DNA of 62,495 nucleotides, counting the filler, from Rhabdomonas costata (lineage: Eukaryota): the NCBI GenBank assembly GCA_019059605.1. It is 40 parts of 40 records of this genome, joined end to end, with 100 filler letters (N's around TTAATTAATTAA, not from the genome) between each part and the next. Parts side by side here need not be neighbours in the genome. Positions count along the whole stretch, not along the records: positions 50,084 to 51,548 come from JAHMHO010015244.1; positions 51,649 to 53,112 come from JAHMHO010015245.1; positions 53,213 to 54,677 come from JAHMHO010015246.1; positions 54,778 to 56,240 come from JAHMHO010015247.1; positions 56,341 to 57,805 come from JAHMHO010015248.1; positions 57,906 to 59,370 come from JAHMHO010015249.1; positions 59,471 to 60,931 come from JAHMHO010015250.1; positions 61,032 to 62,495 come from JAHMHO010015251.1; 32 more parts are not named here. One strand, 5' to 3'. Shown piece after piece: positions 50,718 through 62,495 of this stretch (within the stretch, counting starts at the first letter, position 1; every line of letters starts with the position of its first letter). The notes beneath the pieces were generated by a model. That model ran no database searches, was not told the DNA's origin, and was given only the letters and a program-made list of their open reading frames with translations. The position numbers and the translations under genes were made by a program.

Positions 50718-51865
50718 GTTGTGCCTGCATTCCACTCTGGTCTGGAAAATGAGTTTGGTGGTGGAGGTGGCATGATGTGCTTGGCGGCATTCGGACTACG
50801 TGACGCTATTTGTTGTGCACATACGGAGCTTCAGTGGACGATGCATGGTTACTGATCGCGAATATGTGGCTACTTTCCCCTCCCCACCCCTCCGGGCTGT
50901 GCCTTACTACTACTACGGCTACTACTGCACTTGTGATACCTTTGATGATTATGATTGTGTTGAATTTTTCGCGATGAATGGTCAGGAGGGGTCAATATTC
51001 CAAACAGGGGGCCTTTCTGTCCTTTACGTTGCCATGGGAATATTGTAAATTGCAATGCGTATACACACCTCAGTGTCCAAAGTAGTTCCGGTGACCCTTC
51101 CGGGGGGAGGTTGGGAACCTCACAACGACGCCAGCGCCACTCTCTTCGCCCATGCGCTGCATCCAAAGACTAATGTTTTGCCCTATTCCACAATTAAATA
51201 CGCATCCGCAGAGCCTTGGCCGAGGTCCTGGACAGGGCGGGCCGGCGGCCACAGCTCAGTAGCTTCTATGAGAAGCGCTCTGCGAGAATATGGAGCCGCC
51301 GTCTTGCAGAATATTGTAAACAACTCTGCCCCCCACACTGCACGCCCACACCCCCTCGATTCCTTGCGCATATGTCCGCACCCATGTGGTATCTCTCATG
51401 TGTTGTGCTGTTTCAGTGTCAGTGAACCGCGGGCACCCCGCCTATGCCTGCAGTGACACAAATAGAAGGAAGAGCCGTCAAGGGCCACGGATGGGTACCT
51501 GATTGTAGGGGCCGACCCCGCATCGTTTCGAGAGGTCCCAACACCAACNNNNNNNNNNNNNNNNNNNNNNNNNNNNNNNNNNNNNNNNNNNNTTAATTAA
51601 TTAANNNNNNNNNNNNNNNNNNNNNNNNNNNNNNNNNNNNNNNNNNNNTTTGTTTGATTCTCGTTGCAGGTCTGCGAGTTCCAGCTCCGCTGCACAAGTG
51701 AGTGTTGCAGGACCCTGCCGTCAACCTGGGATACCAAACAGACACCGCACAGATACCAAACTGCACTCATACAGTAGAGGGGTCTGAATTGGAATGTCGC
51801 ACTGACGCGTCCGATTGTTCTGCGATAGTGGCCGGAATGCATTGGCGGCGGGGTGGGGGGCTCAG

Positions 51866-52920
51866 GATCCCGTGATTCCATCTTCTTTGGGGACCTCGTG
51901 GAGTACCGCCTGGACTCCGAAATGTGGCAACAGGTGGCCTGCCGGACCCGGACGGTGCCGCGGAAACGGTTTGGGCACTCCAGCGTGCTCTCCTCGGAGG
52001 CGATGTATCTCTTCGGGGGCTCCCACAAGAACGGCTACCTCAACGACATGTGGACCTTCGACTTCACTGGTGAGGCAGTGGGGCTTGTTGCATGCCTATT
52101 CCCGGTTGACACCGGGGATTGTGTGCGGCCGTAAAGGGAACAACTGCGCTTGTTTCAATTTTCTGGAGTCTTGGTGGGCATGATGTGCACTTGCCTTTTC
52201 TTTACCCCTTTTATCATTTTTGGGGCGTATAATCATGTTCTGTTGCGAAGGCTGCACTCCTGAGTGATGGGGTCGCCAACTGAGGGGAACCATGCGATGC
52301 TTGTGGTTTGACTGTTTTGGCTGGTTCGCTTAGCATACCGGTGACTTGCCGTGGAGCTATCACCTTAATGTTAATCAAGGCTGTGGTGACGGTACTTTTC
52401 TTCTCGTATTCCTGTTTTTCTATGGCATCCATGCGTATCTGCATGCAAAACCACACTTGAGCACCCTTTTGGCTGTCACAGCTCGGAGCTGGAGAGAGGT
52501 GGTTGCGGACGCTGGGGACGAGGACGTTCCTGAGGCTCGAGCCTTTCACTCCTTGGCCTCCCACAGGGGAAAGGTGCTCCCCTTATCTCTGTCTCTCTTC
52601 TTCTGCCTTTTCTTCTCTGCAAGCTTAGATCGAGCTCGGGGTTGGTGGCCCTACGCAAGCCAGTCAGAGTCAACTGTTCGGCAAAGTTCGACCCTTCGCT
52701 CTCCTTCCTGGCCAACTTTCTGCTGTGCAGCTCTTCCTTTTCGGGGGTTTCAACGGGATGCGCTGCCTGTCTGACCTGTGGATGTACACGGAGGTGGGCG
52801 AGGTGCTTGGGTTTGGGGATTGGCGGAGGGTTGCCATCCCCATGGATGCGCCCCACCCGGGGCCTCGGATGAACCATGGCAGCTGCGCGCTTAGCGACGG
52901 CCGGGTGCTCATCTTTGGAG
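51866..52920 (+). CDS. Kelch-repeat protein; exons 51866-52069, 52482-52573, 52731-52920
   Basis: PRKRFGHSS..MYLFGG..YLNDMW; PEARAFHS; LFLFGGFNG..LSDLW; PGPRMNHG..VLIFGG; phases join. Confidence 0.92.
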
Positions 52921-54166
52921 GTCCGCCGTGTGCATTTGTGTGACTGTGTGTATTTGTGATGCCGCGGACGTGGCGAATGTGTTAGGCTTAGGGTTTGGGA
53001 TTGTTGTTACCCCTTTGCAGTAACGAGTAAAATTGTTTCCCTGTTTTCTCAGTGCAAATAGAACATCACAATTCTCAATTAAGGAAAAAGGCCAAAGCAA
53101 TTTGCACAACAGNNNNNNNNNNNNNNNNNNNNNNNNNNNNNNNNNNNNNNNNNNNNTTAATTAATTAANNNNNNNNNNNNNNNNNNNNNNNNNNNNNNNN
53201 NNNNNNNNNNNNCGTCTTCGTAGCGATCTTCTACTGGATGGTGCGCAGGCATCCCTTGGGTGTTTCTGAAGGGCTGGAGCGTGCCTGCGTGCTCGCTCCT
53301 ATGATCCGTCGGGCTGTGAAGTACCATGGGGATGAGACCCCCTGGTGAGTGATGATGGTGGCTCTCCTGAGGATCTTTTAGACGAATCAAGGGGACTCCG
53401 ATAAGATGTGTGTGGTCTCTTTTGCCAAACTCTACTCAGTCATCGAATGTCTGGTGCGCCATGAACGCCTGGTGTCAGTAAGGTATGTGTGCTTCTGTCC
53501 GAAATTGTAATGCGATTGAGGGCCCAACCCCAGTAGGGTACCCAGAAAGATATGTCGTATTGCGCCAGTCAGGTGTGTAATGTGGGTCATGAGGAAGGCC
53601 AGAATTGCGTGACAAGAGAGATAGTACCACGGACTGCAAATTGATGAGACCCGATGAGCCCAATCTCCATCAAGGGTTTGTAGTTGAGGGGGCAAGTGGA
53701 TCTCGATTCCTCCCTGCGCGTTCATGTGCGTATTTGTAGCAGTGGATCTCAAGCGGAAGAATAATCGAAGAGAGGCCTCCAAGCCGTCTACCCACTTAGG
53801 GCCAGAGTGGGCGCAGAGTTGGCGCTTCTAAGAACCGCAGCTTTCCCATTGAGGTTTCTTAACGACCCCCGCCCAGATGGACTTTGACCATTGCACCAAT
53901 GCTCAGGGCCGTTTCGGTGCAAGACCCTTTGCCACAATTTAAACACAATTATGCCTTTTAATTTAATTGCCTTTCCCTTTCGTACAATCTGTGAAAATTG
54001 TTGACCGGTACCCGCGTATGGGATTCACCTTGGATATTGATCTGTATGCAACTGGATTGTGACCGATATCTTCTCCAAGGGGTCTGCGTGTGAGGAACGG
54101 ATCTGAAACATTCACTCCGAACACGTACCCCACCCCACCCCACTGCTCCTCATCAAACAACATCAG

Positions 54167-54378
54167 GTGGGCCTGCGCCAAGGCGCGGAGTCGTTCCTGT
54201 TCTGGTTGTTGGTGTTCTTCCTCTCCACGGGCCTGGACACGTATGTCGGAGTGATGCTCACGGTGCTGCTTCCCACGGAGCAGACCGCGCACGTATTTGG
54301 TAGCGTGTACAATCTGGCCGCGAACATGTTCTGTGGGTTTATGGTTCCCATTACCGCCATGCCGGGGATGTGGCAATG
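54167..54378 (+). CDS. ABCG/PDR transporter ABC2 membrane-domain exon
   Basis: FLFWLLVFFL..YVGVMLTVLLPTEQTA..NMFCGFMVPITAMPGMWQW. Confidence 0.88.
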
Positions 54379-56394
54379 GTGTGCCTTCGTTGTATCACAT
54401 CCCCCGTGGGTGTGTGACGGCCTTTCTTTCCTCTCTTTTTTTTGATCCGCCACGGCGTCGCTTTCCTGTCTACGCTATTGGTTTCGCTTCACGCCCGCTT
54501 CTGATACCGCCCACTCTTGGCCACCCATACCCCCTTTCTCCCCTTGCTCCCCTTTCCTCCAGAGCGAAAGCGTGAGAGCTTAGTTTTTCTCCTAGCCAAG
54601 GCGCACATGTAGTGAAAGCGACGTTTCGTAAACTCGAAGGCCGAACTAGACTGCAGCTCTGATGCCACCACCCAACCNNNNNNNNNNNNNNNNNNNNNNN
54701 NNNNNNNNNNNNNNNNNNNNNTTAATTAATTAANNNNNNNNNNNNNNNNNNNNNNNNNNNNNNNNNNNNNNNNNNNNGTTTTGTGTGTTGGGAAACCTAA
54801 GGCTGCTGGGCAGAAAAAGTGAACGCGAGTCGGCCATAAGGGTTGCGTGCTTCATGGTCAGCTACACAGAGCGATTATCCCGTGGCTTGCAGATTGCGTG
54901 TGGGTGTGAAAACCGCCCCCGGCATACTTTACTTGCTCCTCCTGCCTGCGCTGAGTGATCACGCGGTCCGGGGCCAAGTTCTTCACCATTTTAACCTCTT
55001 AATCTCTCTTACTCACACAGGGTATGAACACCTCAGCAATCAGCCGAGAGAGCGACGGGGTGCAGGCAAAAGGTTCCGATGAACAAAACTTTCGTGAGCG
55101 CAAGAGGGTCAAAGTGAAACCGTCAAAAAACACACAATAAAAGGAGACTGGGAGCGAAGCCACGGCCAGGATGCTCCAATGTACAGCAGTCACTACAACT
55201 GACGGTTGCCACGAATCAAATCTGGCCCTGGACTTCCCTTCTGGCACTCCTCGCCCGATGGCTCTTTTGGACCCTAAGTTCTGATACAAAGGCATACCTT
55301 CCCTTGCTCGCTTGTGGAACCTCCAGGAGGCTCCAAAAGGTCAAATTTAACCTAAAATCAACCAGAAAAGGCTTCAAAAAAAAGCCAAATCAGGCAAAAA
55401 TACCCAAAAATAAGAAAAAAAATGGTATGCGGCATCTGCTCAGTTTTGTCCCAACATTGAACCACGAGGTGAAGAGGGGAAAAGATACAGAATTGTTGCC
55501 TTTTTTATTGATCCTCTTTAATTTTGAGTTATGTGATTCAGAAACCCCAAGTCCCCGTCTCTATCTCCACCACACTGGGTCTGTGTCACCTTTCAACCTT
55601 GCATTGACCGCGCATCTTTCGCGCAAAAAAAGTAACATGTCCATCAGGTTTGCCTTTGAAAGAGGTGGTACATCTCAGAGAGAAGGGAGTGAAATAACGC
55701 GCCGAAGGAAGGCAAGAGAGCGGCATTGTGTGGAAACCACCCCATATGCCGTTGCCCCAGCTTCCTTCAAAAAACCTCACCTTTTGTACACACACACAAA
55801 TCAAAAACGGACCCGCTGCGCGTGTGTGACGACGAAATCGAGCCCTTCCCTTAAAGTACAAGAGGCCCAAGTTGCATTTTTGCCTCTTTCCTCCTTCCTG
55901 ATGTGTTCACCCAACTCGTATTATGGATAAAATTGGCATGAATAAAAATTCTGGGTTGTTGCAAAATGCAAGCCAGCCTGCATTATGTGGATGGGATGCA
56001 ACGGGGACTGGGGAGGTGAGCGACACCCGAAGCGGTTCCTAACAATGCTCTGGAGGGAGGAACGTCTATATATGTGCTCGCGCTCCGCTTCCCTCATTCT
56101 GCAGTCCTCCGGTACTTCCGCACCTTTTTACAGTTTACTGAAGAATGGAAAATGGGGGCGGGCTGCAGGTATGGGAACCTTTAAGTACGCTGTGCTGCAC
56201 GCCTGGCTGGACTACTTCAACAACGGGTGGATTGACCTGGNNNNNNNNNNNNNNNNNNNNNNNNNNNNNNNNNNNNNNNNNNNNTTAATTAATTAANNNN
56301 NNNNNNNNNNNNNNNNNNNNNNNNNNNNNNNNNNNNNNNNTGTGTTGTTGACCGCGGGTGCCTATTTCGGCTTCGGTCCATTCATTTCCATTCT

Positions 56395-56490
56395 TTTTAT
56401 ACATTTATAATTTTTATACATTTATACTAATTATTAATTACAAAAAAAAATTAATTACATTTATATTAATTTTTATACATTTATCATTCC
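56395..56490. repeat. AT-rich degenerate repeat, unit TTTTTATACATTTAT
   Basis: Three to four copies of (t)ttttatacatttat. Confidence 0.7.
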
Positions 56491-58594
56491 ATTCATTTTT
56501 TGTGTCATAACTTCTAATGACATCCTGAATTTTTTATCTTCCACGCGCTATTTTGTGATTGGTGACGACATGGGTCATCCCCGATGCGGCGGGAGCTTGA
56601 ATTGGTGGGGGAAGGTTTATGTGCGGTGGTGCCCCTGGGATGCCAACTGCTGATTTGCTCGTGAGGCTTTCATGTTTGGCGGATGTGTTTTTTCTGGAAG
56701 TCAAGGACCAATGGTGTTGAATGTTCTCAAGAATTGTTTACGAGGTCTTTTGAGTGTTCGCAAAACACCGCAAAGTGGGAATGTTGCCCAGGCGTGCTTT
56801 CAAGCAATTCCCTGATAAACGTTTTGATATCAATTGGTTCCCGTTTTCGATTTCACAAATGCCAGGGATAATACGACGGGCGGCAATTGGTCTCTTTGCA
56901 GCAGCAGCAAACATTGCGGCGTCGACATTTTTCGGGAAAAAATTGCGCAATTTTTCTGGAAGCAAAACCTTTTCCATTTGTTGTGCATCATCATTCTTGG
57001 CAATTTCCCCAAGCCTCAAACAACCAATGGCTGACAGTATTTCAGTTGAAGCATTGGCATTCGTCTTCATTTTTCGTTTTTGAGCACCACGTTTGCTGGT
57101 TCTGACGTTCACCGCCACCTAACCCCCTGTTAAACTGAGAACTTCACTCGGGGGGGGGGTATGTCTCGATACAGCACAACGTACTGATGAATGAATCAGC
57201 AAGCTTTTCTCCCGTCTTCTGATAGCCAGTGGTTCACATCTTTGAAATGAAAGTGTCTCTTTTCTTGCTGTCGATTCCGTTCTGGTTCCCTTTTCTGTGT
57301 CCCTTTTGTTTTTCTTCACCAGAGTTCATCGAGTTGGTCCAAATATTATCATCCTATCCACATCCTTACGGGATGGCGGTGATGTGTATACGGGGCAACA
57401 TTTCCCACTATGCAACAGTGCAACGGTGCAACAATTCCCAGAATAATTTCCGTAATAATGCCATTTTGGGGGGTGGGAGGAGGCGTTTGTGTGGCTTTTT
57501 TGTAGGGGGAGTCAGACGTGCTGAGCAGCTCCGTGTATCACTGCCGGCACCGCAGTCTGCTCTCACAGCTGCGGCAGTGGTGGGGCCCACGGCTCTTCTT
57601 CCTGTACACCGTCATTGCTGGGGTCCACCTCGGGTTAGAGTGCTGCAGTGTGTGTGTGTGAGGCCTCACAGCAAATTTTTTTTCGGTTTGGTTGTGTACA
57701 AGTTTGTGTTTGTGGGCGAAAAAATGACAGAGGAGAAGGGGAAAAGCGGGAAAGAAAAGGAAAAGAAAAGAAAACGTGTTCTCGTCAAAGACGCGACCCA
57801 AAACCNNNNNNNNNNNNNNNNNNNNNNNNNNNNNNNNNNNNNNNNNNNNTTAATTAATTAANNNNNNNNNNNNNNNNNNNNNNNNNNNNNNNNNNNNNNN
57901 NNNNNGTGTGTGGGTTCCGTGAAATCATAGGGTGCTTGTTGCAATATTACATATAATACTAGTACAATGAGCCCTTGGTATGACAATCTCTTGCGCATGG
58001 ACTTCATCACTGAGCAGTTAGACGGACAGCCGAGTTGATCTTAATGGCTCACATTTGTTCACTGTGGAAGCATAGTTAATTAGAGATGTTTGTCTCAAAA
58101 TATCTCCACAGACATTATTGTTGTGTTCAAACTGAGCCATTCTTACGCAGTAATGGAAGACAGACGATGGAAAACACGAGAATATTCGGGAGAATTCATG
58201 GGATCAAAAGACAAACTCATAATACACTCATTCTTTTTTTTTGGGTGGGGGGACCTTGGGCCAGGCGTCGTGATACACACAGTTGATGAAAACCGCTGCG
58301 CAAAAGCCCAGGGACTTTCTTCCTACCCACAGAGCAAGAGCAAAGTACCGGTAAAGTACAGTGGACCGAAGAGTCACAATGTAATAGTGAGAGAGTAACG
58401 GCTTCGAAAAGCACGCCACGCAACCCTTCCTCTGCACGGTTTAAACAAGCTCTTCCACCAGGAAGGGCCACTGGCACAATGAGTCAACACCCGTTCCTAC
58501 CACGCTACCAAGGGGGGTCTTTATCGCAACCGGACGAAAAACGTTTCATTGCGCATGCGGACTGTGCTGATAAAATCACAAAAGAACTGCAAAA

Positions 58595-59370
58595 TCAGCT
58601 TTTCGCCTTCTTCCGCGATTCGTAGCGGGCCTTCGCACGCTCCCAGGCCTGCTGCTGCCCGGGAGTCTTGGGCACCACGGGGGGAACAGGCAGCGTGCGG
58701 CGGGTGCTTGGGTCTATCGCGACGAAGGAGAACGCTCCGCGACTGACTTGCAGCCTCTGGCCCATGCACTTCAGACTCACCCGCTCCACCTCCACAGATA
58801 CAGCGACCTCGAGGGACTTGTTCGAAGCGAACACAGGCGTGGCGTGTATGTAGACCTGCCGAAGACGGGATTAAGGAGATTCACTCCGTGCTCTGTGTTG
58901 GGCAGTCGCTGCACCGCTCGACCCAGATGGGCTCGGCTGGCATCAGCCCCAACCCCCCAAACCAGGGCGAGACACTACCTCGTAAAGTGAAACCGCACTT
59001 CCGAGCGGAAACCAGCTGAAACCACTGGAACCCAGGTGGAACCCCAAGCAGCAAAGTCTTTCTAACTTTTTAATCAAGAGCCGGTTTAAGGTACACTAGC
59101 ATCCGTTTCCGTCAACTGTACGGGTTTCAAAATAGGAATGGGTTTCAGACGCACCCACCTCCCCCCACCTCTCGACATAGGGAGGAAGGGTCGTGCGGAG
59201 ACGAGGGAACAAGGTACACAACACCCACTATTTGTCATCCGAGCGTGAAACCGGAAACCGGATGGAAGGTGAGGCTAAAACACCATGTCCCCGAGAAGCA
59301 CATTGTGTACGAAGTTGACGGCGTCCATCCTCGCCGTCACCACCAACCCCCCGCAGTGCTTTATCGCTGC
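58595..59370 (-). CDS. HotDog-fold acyl-CoA thioesterase (ACOT7/YciA-like), 3' part; exons 59370-59284 and 58855-58595
   Basis: AAIKHCGGLVVTARMDAVNFVHNVLLGDM|VYIHATPVFASNKSLEVAVSV...FSFVAID...PVPPVVP; in frame; TGA stop. Confidence 0.88.
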
Positions 59371-59470
59371 NNNNNNNNNNNNNNNNNNNNNNNNNNNNNN
59401 NNNNNNNNNNNNNNTTAATTAATTAANNNNNNNNNNNNNNNNNNNNNNNNNNNNNNNNNNNNNNNNNNNN

Positions 59471-60746
59471 GGTGGAGGGGCCCGCGGCGGAGGGAGAGGG
59501 GGGAGCCGTGGATGTCAGCAGCAGCGCCTGCCCAGAGCTGAGGGTTCCGCTTGCAGAGCCGCTGCGGCGCGCCCTGTCGCTGTTGTTCCAGATCGATAAG
59601 CACGCCTGCATTGGTGAGGCCCGCTACAGCTTTCGTCGACTCGCACGCTGTTATCTTCATACACGTGCACCGACGCGCTGTCTTAAGACCCTGAAACCTG
59701 ATTGCGCTTCATAACACCTACAGTCTCGCGGATACCTGTCATCCCTGCTCACCACACCACACACTCACCACACAAATATCGTCCGCAAATCTGTCCGCAA
59801 AAATGTGTCCGAGTTTGTTCGCGTTCCAGTTGCGAGCTCCAGGGCTTTGCTGCTGTGCCTTGCGCGGCAACGAAGCAGCCGGAAGGTTTCCAGGTTAAAG
59901 ACCATACCACACGAAGTAGATGGAAGGGGTCGCTGACACTTGTGGGAAAAAAGTGTGTGTGCGAGTGTGGAGAGGAGAGTTTGTCTTTCCGTGTATTTCT
60001 AACAAAACCGCTTTCTGTGTGGCCGGAAATGGTCGCTTTGTGCGCAGAGAAGCTTCGCACGGTGTTCTCGCTGTCCTACCCCTTGCACCCCCAGCCCTGC
60101 TACGTGGTCCGGACAGAAGGCGAAGTGTTCACCTTGCTGTGCCCTGTGGCCCGAGGTGTGTGCCCACTCAACCCCATCATTGGGCTTCTGTACTGCACTT
60201 GCACGAGGATGCTTTCCCGGAAAATTTTGCACGCATCATCATGCACTTCCACCAGCTCCGTCTGGCCCACTGTATTTATTACTTGTCTTTTTTTTCAAAA
60301 AAAATTTGTTCGTTTTCGGGGTGATGGTATAATGCCCTTTTGTGAACGTTTTCCTGTGTGCCGTGTGTGTGCTCCGTGACTCACCGGAACCAAAACTCTG
60401 CTGTGGTTGTACTTTCACACCTCAGACCTGCTACTTTTTTGATGGCTTGCTTGGAAACAACCAGAACCACACCGCATCTTCCTTGTATGCCCACAACTCT
60501 GTTCTTCCCGATCAGGTACGGAGCTATACTGCATCTCCCCCGTCGTGACTGCTCAGAGGACGATGGTCATGCTGGCCATACTGTATGTACTCGCTCGCAC
60601 GAATTTGCTGTCGGCATGGGGAGGGGGGACAGTAACATTTTGAACCGTGCAAGGTAATGTTGCAGCAGCGTTTATCTTCACTGGCTCCTTATTGCTGCTT
60701 TTGTTTCAGGTATGCCCTCATCGCATTCAACCCGACGTCGTTGAAG
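59471..60746 (+). CDS. Four-exon hypothetical protein fragment (about 59471-59613, 60047-60154, 60516-60582, 60710-60746)
   Basis: Splicing at GT-AG sites gives a continuous frame: ...QIDKHACI|EKLRTVFSL...PVAR|GTELYCISPVV...MLAIL|YALIAFNPTSLK. Confidence 0.6.
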
Positions 60747-60805
60747 GTCTCTGCCCTGCACACATGTTGTAGTACGCTCTGATTTGAACCTTTGGGACTA
60801 GTGTG

Positions 60806-60931
60806 AATTCCGCTTCCCTCGTCCACCTGGAACTCCCAGCCATGTTTTCAGTGCCGTAGCAGATATCGCGATATCTGCTACGGCACTGAAAACATGGCTG
60901 GGAGTTCCAGGTGGACGAGGGAAGCGGAATT
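60806..60931. repeat. Perfect 126-bp palindrome at a contig end (probable fold-back chimera)
   Basis: Exact dyad centred between 60868 and 60869 (gatatcg|cgatatc), running to the contig end. Confidence 0.9.
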
Positions 60932-61268
60932 NNNNNNNNNNNNNNNNNNNNNNNNNNNNNNNNNNNNNNNNNNNNTTAATTAATTAANNNNNNNNNNNNN
61001 NNNNNNNNNNNNNNNNNNNNNNNNNNNNNNNGGAGTTTGGGAATTGGAGGGAGTGACACAGACGTCGAGTTTTCATGGCTTCACGATACCTCCGAATGTT
61101 CCCTCTCCTCGGTAACGCACCATGAGTTGTTCCTGAATTGCCTCACTTTCCTCGCCAGATTTCTTCTTGTGGCCTATTCCTTGTGATGTCTACTTCTCTT
61201 TTTGTTCTCTGCTTTCAGGATGTACTGGGTGTGGCGCTTCTTTTTGCTTTATCGTCCCACTGCCTCAG

Positions 61269-62237
61269 GGCTTCGGGTGAGGATGGGTATGCAAGTCGGG
61301 GAGCCCGAGGTAGTGGTGGACCACTCCACGATCCGGGTGGACTACCTTGGGTCCATGGTGAACGAGGCGGCGCGGGTGGGGTCGCGGGCGCACGGCGGGG
61401 AGATCTGCCTGACCCAGGACGTGATGAACATAATCGGTAGGGCTCGAAACTGTGAGCAGTGGGTGGTGAAGCTCCTGGGCGAACAATATTTTCAGGTGCT
61501 TCTGAGAGTTGGCGCTGGTTGCGCGTTGCGAAGCGACATTTTCCGACTTTCCTTTGGGAAGACGGCAAGTTGAGGTCAGTCTGGATCCATGTGCGCAATT
61601 TATATACGTACCTTCTGAGTTCATTGGAGGCTACCTTCTGGACATGTGTATTTGATCGGAAGCCAACTCGATGGAGTTCTGAACACCGGTCAGCCTGCTT
61701 CGGTTGGCTTCCTCGGTCCTCGCAAAAAAAGTTTTTAGATATCCTGTGCGATCCTCATGCCCTTGTTTCTCTTGTGGTCGGTTGAGACCAAGCTGCTACC
61801 GCACCGGCATTCGATGATGATCTATCACTCATAGGATGAGCAAAGGATTTGGCTGTCATGGAGCACATTTTTTTGGTGTGACCTTAGAGTTCCCTCCCGG
61901 CTCCGATGGCTTCGTATCACGTTTGGAATCCCATTGCGCGACTTTGCTTCTTCTCCGAAGATGGTCTCATTTGTTGCCACAGTGCTAGGCCTCCTGTTAT
62001 CCCCCCACCTCATGGTGTTCCTTGAACAGTTTTTCCCTGCTGCTGCTATGCCACAGGGGGTCGGGCACGCCATCGCGGTGTACTCCCTGCATCACCGCTC
62101 CTTGGCCGAGCGCACGTACCCTCCGGAGAAGCCGTTGGCGTGCGACCACTGCCAGGAGCCTCTGGAATGCCCTCGGTGCGACGGCTGCGCTGGCTCCTTC
62201 TCACTGGAACGAAAGGTCACATTCAGGAGGCCTCCAG
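61269..62237 (+). CDS. Class III adenylate cyclase C-terminal half followed by a Cys-rich motif; exons 61269-61495 and 62057-62237
   Basis: GLRVRMGMQVGEP...VDYLGSMVNEAARVGSRAHGGEICLT...LGEQYFQ|GVGHAIAVY..LAERTYP; then CDHC-x5-CPRC. Confidence 0.92.
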
Positions 62238-62495
62238 GTATACTTCTCAGCTCCTCGGTCAGCAGGCTTTTAGTTTTTCGCCTTGCTGGTGTGGTGTGGT
62301 GCGGTTTGGTTCCAAGAAAATCATTTGCCGACTGCGGAGGCACACTAACTCATTCGCATCGGTGCTCCGCAAAAAACGCATCGCAAGACAGTTAGAATCG
62401 AGGGCAGTGGTGGGCAGAAGAAGGTTCCAACGTGGACACCGATAGAATTTTACTTTGGGCCACCAATCGCACCCAATTCGTACCGACCACCCAAC

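Noticed and set aside
56570-56655. 5S rRNA- or snoRNA-like segment
   Set aside because: Only vague similarity near the 3' end; no conserved internal boxes or terminal helix could be established
60806-60931. Perfect palindrome as a hairpin telomere or miRNA-like precursor
   Set aside because: No loop, no mismatches and it ends at the contig boundary, which is typical of fold-back chimeras from amplification
1466-61031. Regularly spaced identical TTAATTAATTAA motifs as a CRISPR-like or structural repeat array
   Set aside because: They sit inside N-runs and are standard artificial contig linkers
563-62445. Most ORF-track entries (antisense ORFs, GTG/TTG-start ORFs, and ORFs ending in X..LIN)
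   Set aside because: They are shadows of GC-rich exons, intron read-through or run into spacers; the real genes are spliced
1-62495. Operon or gene-cluster interpretation (for example hydrogenase next to GT90, or dUTPase next to acyl-CoA dehydrogenase)
   Set aside because: Neighbouring genes lie on different contigs of near-identical length, so adjacency is arbitrary
1-62495. Spliced-leader RNA, rRNA or snRNA genes
   Set aside because: No recognisable match found by eye; a covariance-model search would be needed to exclude divergent copies

Overview
This window is not one locus. It is about 40 unrelated short contigs (each about 1.46 kb) joined by artificial 100-bp spacers (N-runs flanking TTAATTAATTAA), so gene neighbourhoods across spacers mean nothing. 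The DNA is eukaryotic and intron-rich: short GC-rich exons, mostly GT-AG introns, and phases that join in frame. An MMRR-type mitochondrial presequence and the type of adenylate cyclase suggest a euglenozoan, most likely a euglenid; this is inference. Recognisable gene fragments: an intron-containing [FeFe]-hydrogenase, TOR kinase, two SNF1/CIPK-like kinase pieces, ALG12, Exo70, TBCD, acyl-CoA dehydrogenase, HotDog acyl-CoA thioesterase, adenylate cyclases, two voltage-gated channel pieces, an ABCG transporter, a GT90 glycosyltransferase, an AAA ATPase, and LPAAT/LCLAT, DUF676, GNAT, Kelch, ankyrin and IQ proteins. Mobile elements: a decayed protease-dUTPase (Ty3/gypsy-like) retroelement, a decayed DIRS/VIPER/TATE-like RT-RNase H element, and a MITE-like inverted-repeat element. 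The most notable items are the spliced hydrogenase lacking the His-ligated FeS domain, the dUTPase-carrying retroelement, and a possible GA 5' splice site in ALG12. All family calls come from motif recognition by eye; no searches were run.
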